NCBI GenBank assembly: GCA_964460215.1
Contig: CAYWQM010000005.1
Span: forward strand, 16,211-80,210
Direction: 5' to 3'
DNA from: an uncultured Lentisphaerales bacterium
GTDB taxonomy: Bacteria; Verrucomicrobiota; Lentisphaeria; JABSQK01; CAJWLW01
Length of the DNA: 64,000 nucleotides
A model generated the notes under the pieces. That model was not told the origin of the DNA. It saw nothing but the letters and a program-made list of their open reading frames with translations, and searched no databases. Positions within the stretch are counted from its first letter, which is position 1. Every line of letters starts with the position of its first letter. This document shows, piece after piece, positions 59,641 through 64,000 of this stretch. The position numbers and the translations under genes were made by a program.

Positions 59641-60312
59641 TTACTTCAGAAGTACGGGGCGAAAGCCGAAGTTGATGAGGCGGCTGGTCGGTTCTCGGCG
59701 GTAGCGGTTGTCGATGCGCAGGTACTCAGCCTGGGTGGTGCTGAAGGATCCGCCGCGCAGCTCGCAGGAGGTGCCCCCGGCCTCGAACGTCCACTCGTAG
59801 GCGTTGCCGCCGATGCCGATCAGGCCCCAATCGTTTTCGCCCGCTTCTTCGACCGGACAGGTCACGGGAAAACCATCGTTGTAACCCTTGATAGATTCCC
59901 AGTCCGAAAAACATTCGTGGGCGGATTCGTCGCTGAAATTGCCGTACTTCGGTGGCCACTCGTTGCCCCAGGGGTACATGCGGCCGTCACCGCAGCGAGC
60001 CAGTCTCGTCCATTCGTTGTGGCTCGGCACGCGGAAAATGTATGTGTCGTCCAGGTCGCCGGATTCGATATCTCGTTCGGTCAGCCACTCACAAAACTGC
60101 CCGACGTCCTTGTAGCTGACACCGACGACCGGCTGGCGGTCTTCTGCGAGCGAGTGCCCCGCGTAGTCGCCGCTGTCGTGATCCGGGCGGAAACGGCGGT
60201 ATTCGTCGTTGGCGATCATATTTTTCGCAACCCACATGCCAACGGCTTCGATCCAGACAAACGGAATATTCAGCGTCGGGGACGTCCAATTTTGTCCGGG
60301 AAATGGTGGCAT
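59641..60312 (-). CDS. Formylglycine-generating-enzyme (FGE/SUMF1) family protein
   Basis: VVGVSYKDVGQFCEWL...RVPSHNEWTRLARCGDGRMYPWGNEW...RGGSFSTTQAEYLRIDNRYRREP is the FGE-sulfatase domain. Start at MPPFPG with a GAGGGA-like RBS. ORF track runs to 60459. Confidence 0.75.
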   Translation of the reverse strand: MPPFPGQNWTSPTLNIPFVWIEAVGMWVAKNMIANDEYRRFRPDHDSGDYAGHSLAEDRQPVVGVSYKDVGQFCEWLTERDIESGDLDDTYIFRVPSHNEWTRLARCGDGRMYPWGNEWPPKYGNFSDESAHECFSDWESIKGYNDGFPVTCPVEEAGENDWGLIGIGGNAYEWTFEAGGTSCELRGGSFSTTQAEYLRIDNRYRREPTSRLINFGFRPVLLK

Positions 60313-60828
60313 CGAGTTCCCTCGAAATGTCGCTAATGTCGAGATTGCAATGGGTTCAGTCCATCGATTGCGGCTGATAAATAATATAGATGCAACACCG
60401 AGAGTAGCAACTTTTGCTGTTTGCGCACGGCCGTTTGTCCAAATAAACAAGGTGGACACTGGAGGTGCGTAGCTTTCGCGATATAGTATCCGCTTTTGCC
60501 TCCAATTGGCCCATCACTCGCAGTGAAAACAACCCATTTTCAATGCGGGGAATCCATGAGTGGAAGCGAAGTTCCAGCCGGTAATCGATTCGATCAAAGC
60601 CGAAGGCATTTAGGGCGGCTGAAGCGAAAGCCAAGCAAATCACCAGCGGCGTCGAAACGCGTCTCACGCAAATCGTTGATGACCCGTTTCGCAAAGCTAA
60701 AGACAATGTCGATGCCGGAACCCGCATCGGTAAACAGGACGGCAACGTCCACTACGACTTCAGCGGCGGTGGCGTTGCTGAAATGCCGATGCAATACCTC
60801 GGCCGCGGCGTACTGAATTGATGCGTGA

Positions 60829-61332
60829 TTGAACGCGGCACCGCGAATTGCCGCCCGCGCAACAACCAACTTCGAAATCCGGACGATGATCTCAATGCCA
60901 GCCAACAAGTACGATTACTTCGCCGGCTCCCTGCCGATGCTCAAGGCCGACGGCAGCCAGGGCCTGAGTGTCGGGGCATTCCTCGATGACTGCGAGCAGC
61001 AACTCACTTCGGCCGATTTCCAGGCGTTGACCGCTGCCCGGCGCGGTGCCGAGGAATTGTCCAGCCATGCTATTGCCCGCGCCTGGCAGCAGCACGATCG
61101 CGAAGTCCGTAATCTGCAGGCCGGAGAGGCGCTGTTCAAACTGCAGTTGCTCGAGCGCCAGCAGTCGTTCAGCTGCGAGGCCGGACATGAGGTGCTGGAA
61201 CAAGCCCGCAGCAGCCTGGCATCAGTCGGATCGTACACCATAGAGATTCGTAGGAATCGTTGTTTCCCTGATTCTGCTTCTGATAGGCTCAGGCACGACA
61301 TGGGCCTCCGCGGGGAGCTCGGCGTTGGGTGA
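60829..61332 (+). CDS. Hypothetical protein
   Basis: 167-aa ORF with protein-like composition (..MPANKYDYFAGSLPMLKADGSQGLSVGAFLDDCEQQL..). No recognisable motif. Overlaps an antisense ORF, so coding status is uncertain. Confidence 0.3.
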   Translation: MNAAPRIAARATTNFEIRTMISMPANKYDYFAGSLPMLKADGSQGLSVGAFLDDCEQQLTSADFQALTAARRGAEELSSHAIARAWQQHDREVRNLQAGEALFKLQLLERQQSFSCEAGHEVLEQARSSLASVGSYTIEIRRNRCFPDSASDRLRHDMGLRGELGVG

Positions 61333-61740
61333 TCCAGACTTCACGGCGTCTGGGGTGGGGTACTTCTGTGTACTCATCTTTGTCTGCGCCTATATCCTGG
61401 TGATGAGCGAGGAGTACTTGCAGCTCAGAAAGTCAAAGCCTGTGTTGGTGGCCGCGGGGTTTATTTGGCTTTTGACAGCTTGGGCCTTGCAGTCTCAAGG
61501 GTACGATTCCCGCTACGCTGAACCGGGCCGTCCGGGCAACTATATAATTTGAAGGAAGACCCTTCGGAATCTAGAAATCTTTGGGAAGAGAAGCCGGGGA
61601 TTGTTAAAGAACTATCTGACTTGCTTAAAAAGGTGAAAGGCGGGGATGCCTGAGCTAAGTTCTGTAATTGACTTAATGGCCCATACCTTAATAAACGGTA
61701 GCAGCCCCTTTCCCGAACCGGAATCGGGCAGATTTGAAAC

Positions 61741-62271
61741 ATGGCGTACAAGGTATTTATCTTTACATTGTTAATGATCACCTGGGTTGTTCTCTCAGGG
61801 CAGTTCGACGCTTTTCACTTGGCTCTGGGCCTGATCTCGTGTGGCCTGGTGACGTGGATGTCATCGGACTTGTTATTCCAAACCCGCGAGCAGTCGGTTG
61901 GAGAGAGGGTCTGTGAAGGTTGGAGGTTGGCTTTTTATTTTTTGTGGATGATCTGGCAGATTTTTCTGGCGAACATTGCGGTTCTGCGACTCGCTTTGTC
62001 GCCTGATGCGATGAAGAAAATCAATCCGAGCATTGTTCACTTCAAGACCGGACTGAAATCCGACTTCGCCAAATTTCTGCTCGCCAACTCGATTACCCTA
62101 ACCCCTGGAACGGTGACGATTAAAATCATGGGGGATGACTTTTATGTGCATGCAATTAATGATGCGGCGGCGGCGGGATTAGATGGTGAAATGGAACGCC
62201 GCATTGCCCGCATCTATCGTTCTGAGCGGGATGCTCGGGGTGGCAACTCGGACGGAAAGGAGTCTGCCTGA
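61741..62271 (+). CDS. mrpE: Na+/H+ antiporter subunit E (MrpE/MnhE; MbhA-like)
   Basis: ..LANSITLTPGTVTI.. (TLTPGT signature) and 2 TM helices. Confidence 0.8.
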   Translation: MAYKVFIFTLLMITWVVLSGQFDAFHLALGLISCGLVTWMSSDLLFQTREQSVGERVCEGWRLAFYFLWMIWQIFLANIAVLRLALSPDAMKKINPSIVHFKTGLKSDFAKFLLANSITLTPGTVTIKIMGDDFYVHAINDAAAAGLDGEMERRIARIYRSERDARGGNSDGKESA

Positions 62272-62272
62272 T

Positions 62273-62584
62273 ATGATCACTTTTTTCATGTGGGCGGGAA
62301 TTGCCTTATTGATCATGATGATCCCGATTTTTTATCGGATGAATATTGGGCCGACGGCAATTGATCGCATTGTCGCGGTCAATGTGATTGGTACTAAAAC
62401 AGCTATACTACTTGTTTTTATAGGCACGATTTTTCCCGGACAGAGGATCGGGATGTTCGTGGATTTTGCCTTGGCGTACGGGCTGTTGAATTTCATCGGC
62501 TCACTGGCAGCAGCGAGATTTTTCCATCGTTCCAAAGCGACGGGAGGAAAAATTGATGTTGCGGGAGACGCAAGGAAATCCTGA
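62273..62584 (+). CDS. mrpF: Monovalent cation/H+ antiporter subunit F (MrpF/MnhF; MbhB-like)
   Basis: ..GPTAIDRIVAVNVIGTKTAILLV.. is an MrpF motif. Start at MITFFMW (ORF track opens 62183). Confidence 0.75.
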   Translation: MITFFMWAGIALLIMMIPIFYRMNIGPTAIDRIVAVNVIGTKTAILLVFIGTIFPGQRIGMFVDFALAYGLLNFIGSLAAARFFHRSKATGGKIDVAGDARKS

Positions 62585-62587
62585 GTT

Positions 62588-62953
62588 ATGATTATCGATA
62601 CAATCAGCATAATTCTCATCGTAGCGGGCCTGGTGTTTTTCTTTGGCTCGGTTGTCGGAGTGATTCGCTTCCCTGACTTTTACACACGCATGCATGCTGC
62701 GGGCAAGGGAGATACTTTGTCGAGTTTGCTCGTGGTGATGGGCTTTGCGGTTTATCATTTCGGGCAAGTACATTGGACAAATTTTGTATGGGCGGATTTG
62801 CTGGTCATAGTCAAACTGCTCGCTATTTGCGCTTTCATCATGCTGACGTCACCGACGGCTACGCATGCGCTGATGGATGCCGGGTATGAGGACGGAATCG
62901 AACCGTTGACGCGCAAGGAAGGGAATGCCTTGTCTCAAAACGAAAGCGAGTAA
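62588..62953 (+). CDS. mrpG: Monovalent cation/H+ antiporter subunit G (MrpG/MnhG; MbhC-like)
   Basis: VIRFPDFYTRMHAAGKGDTLSSLL is the classic MnhG motif. Confidence 0.85.
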   Translation: MIIDTISIILIVAGLVFFFGSVVGVIRFPDFYTRMHAAGKGDTLSSLLVVMGFAVYHFGQVHWTNFVWADLLVIVKLLAICAFIMLTSPTATHALMDAGYEDGIEPLTRKEGNALSQNESE

Positions 62954-62974
62954 TAAGAGAATATTTTTCACAGC

Positions 62975-63220
62975 ATGATCTGGCAGTTCGACATCATTAT
63001 TCTTCTTTTCCTCGTGGTCACCGCAGTGATCTCGTTACGGGTGAAAGATTTACTGGCAGCATCAATGATCTTCGGGACTTACAGTTTTCTCATCTGTCTG
63101 CTGTGGGCGGGGATGGGGGCCGTGGATGTGGCATTTACCGAAGCCGCGGTGGGGGCGGGTATCAGCGCGGTTATTCTGATCGCCACCGTTTACAATACTA
63201 AAAGAAAATCATCGGATTGA
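62975..63220 (+). CDS. Small membrane subunit, MbhD/DUF4040-like (MrpB N-terminal-domain-like)
   Basis: 81 aa, 2-3 TM helices. Sits between mrpG and mrpB, as MbhD does in Mbh-type modules. Confidence 0.5.
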   Translation: MIWQFDIIILLFLVVTAVISLRVKDLLAASMIFGTYSFLICLLWAGMGAVDVAFTEAAVGAGISAVILIATVYNTKRKSSD

Positions 63221-63224
63221 ATTT

Positions 63225-63986
63225 ATGAAGTGGGTTGGACTTATCGCAGTTTTGTTTACCGGAGGGCTTTTGCTTTCGGCTGTCGATGATTTCCCTTATT
63301 GGGGGAATGCAGAGTCGCCGGCTAATGACAGTGTGGTGTCGCATTATTACATTGAAAATACGATGAGGGATACCGGGGTGCCGAACATGGTGACCGCGGT
63401 GCTGGCGGATTATCGTGGCTTCGACACCATGCTTGAAACGGTTGTTGTCTTGATAGCGGTCATTGCGATTATGGCCATCCTGCGAGTCATGAATCAGACG
63501 CCGGGTGGAGCGAAGCCTTCGGCGCCTCATGCGATTGGTGACCATCATGACATTATTGTTGGTACTACCTGTCGCTTATTGGTTCCGGTGTTGCAGCTGT
63601 TTGCTCTATATGTGATCGCGCATGGCCATCACAGCCCGGGCGGAGGATTTCAGGGCGGAGTCATTCTGGGGACGAGTTTCATTTTGTTGGCATTGGCAAA
63701 AGGTTTGAATCCCGTTCTGGAGCGATTACCGGAAAAACGTTACGTGAAATTGGCTTTTGTTGGCGTTGCCATCTACGCGGGTTTCGGAGTGATGTGTCAG
63801 TTTCTGGGAGAGAACTTTCTCGACTACGGTGTGTTGCATGTGTTGATGCCCGCAAGCGACGCAGCTCAGGCTCGATCCCACAGTATGCTGGGCGTGGAAA
63901 TCGGAGTAGCGTTCACTGTGTCAGCGATCATGTTTGCAATTTACGCCAATCTGTCTTCGAAAGGTGAACTGGAGGGAGGTCTGTAA
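63225..63986 (+). CDS. mrpB: Na+/H+ antiporter subunit B (MrpB/MnhB; MbhE/F-like)
   Basis: NMVTAVLADYRGFDTMLE and HGHHSPGGGFQGG are MnhB signatures. Confidence 0.85.
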   Translation: MKWVGLIAVLFTGGLLLSAVDDFPYWGNAESPANDSVVSHYYIENTMRDTGVPNMVTAVLADYRGFDTMLETVVVLIAVIAIMAILRVMNQTPGGAKPSAPHAIGDHHDIIVGTTCRLLVPVLQLFALYVIAHGHHSPGGGFQGGVILGTSFILLALAKGLNPVLERLPEKRYVKLAFVGVAIYAGFGVMCQFLGENFLDYGVLHVLMPASDAAQARSHSMLGVEIGVAFTVSAIMFAIYANLSSKGELEGGL

Positions 63987-64000
63987 TTATGGGTGCTTTT

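Noticed and set aside
1-64000. CRISPR arrays / long direct repeats
   Set aside because: No regularly spaced direct repeats were seen. The only tandem structure is the short in-gene duplication at ~28.3 kb.

Overview
This 64 kb window is high-GC (~60-63%) bacterial chromosome, densely coded on both strands. Taxon call: it looks like a PVC-group organism, probably Planctomycetota or a relative, because it carries prepilin-type N-terminal plus H-X9-DG (DUF1559) proteins, many PhyH-family dioxygenases, and large glycoside hydrolases. Most genes are ordinary metabolism and housekeeping: murF, surE, guaA, ndk, rsmD, lpxK, exbBD, glcD, class-I FBA, a fused 2-oxoacid dehydrogenase E1alpha/beta plus E2, and an NAD-type formate dehydrogenase fdhD-fdsB-fdsA. 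There is also a rhamnose/fucose glycan-degradation locus (L-fuconate dehydratase, GH78, SDR, PhyH, a very large GH) and an amino/keto-sugar cluster (DegT, Gfo/Idh/MocA-like, xylose-isomerase-like TIM barrel, ThuA, PhyH). Five things are unusual. (1) At the 5' end, a translationally coupled three-gene unit encodes a cytosolic protein with two cyclic-nucleotide-binding domains fused to a 4x[4Fe-4S] ferredoxin module, then a small His-rich polytopic membrane protein, then a membrane-anchored decaheme c-type cytochrome. I read this as a candidate cNMP-gated transmembrane electron conduit, which is not described as far as I know. (2) A C-N hydrolase (nitrilase-family) gene is split exactly at a conserved motif boundary by a ~1.15 kb lower-GC insert that carries a complete BASS-family transporter gene. 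(3) An Mbh/Mrp-type antiporter module in archaeal-like order (E-F-G-DUF4040-B) runs off the 3' end and has lower GC than the rest. (4) A ~70 bp, extremely AT-rich island sits in an intergenic region. (5) A ~750 bp non-coding gap sits upstream of murF. I found no tRNA, rRNA, CRISPR array or obvious transposase/integrase. Coordinates read from the raw sequence, as opposed to the ORF track, may be off by +/-1.
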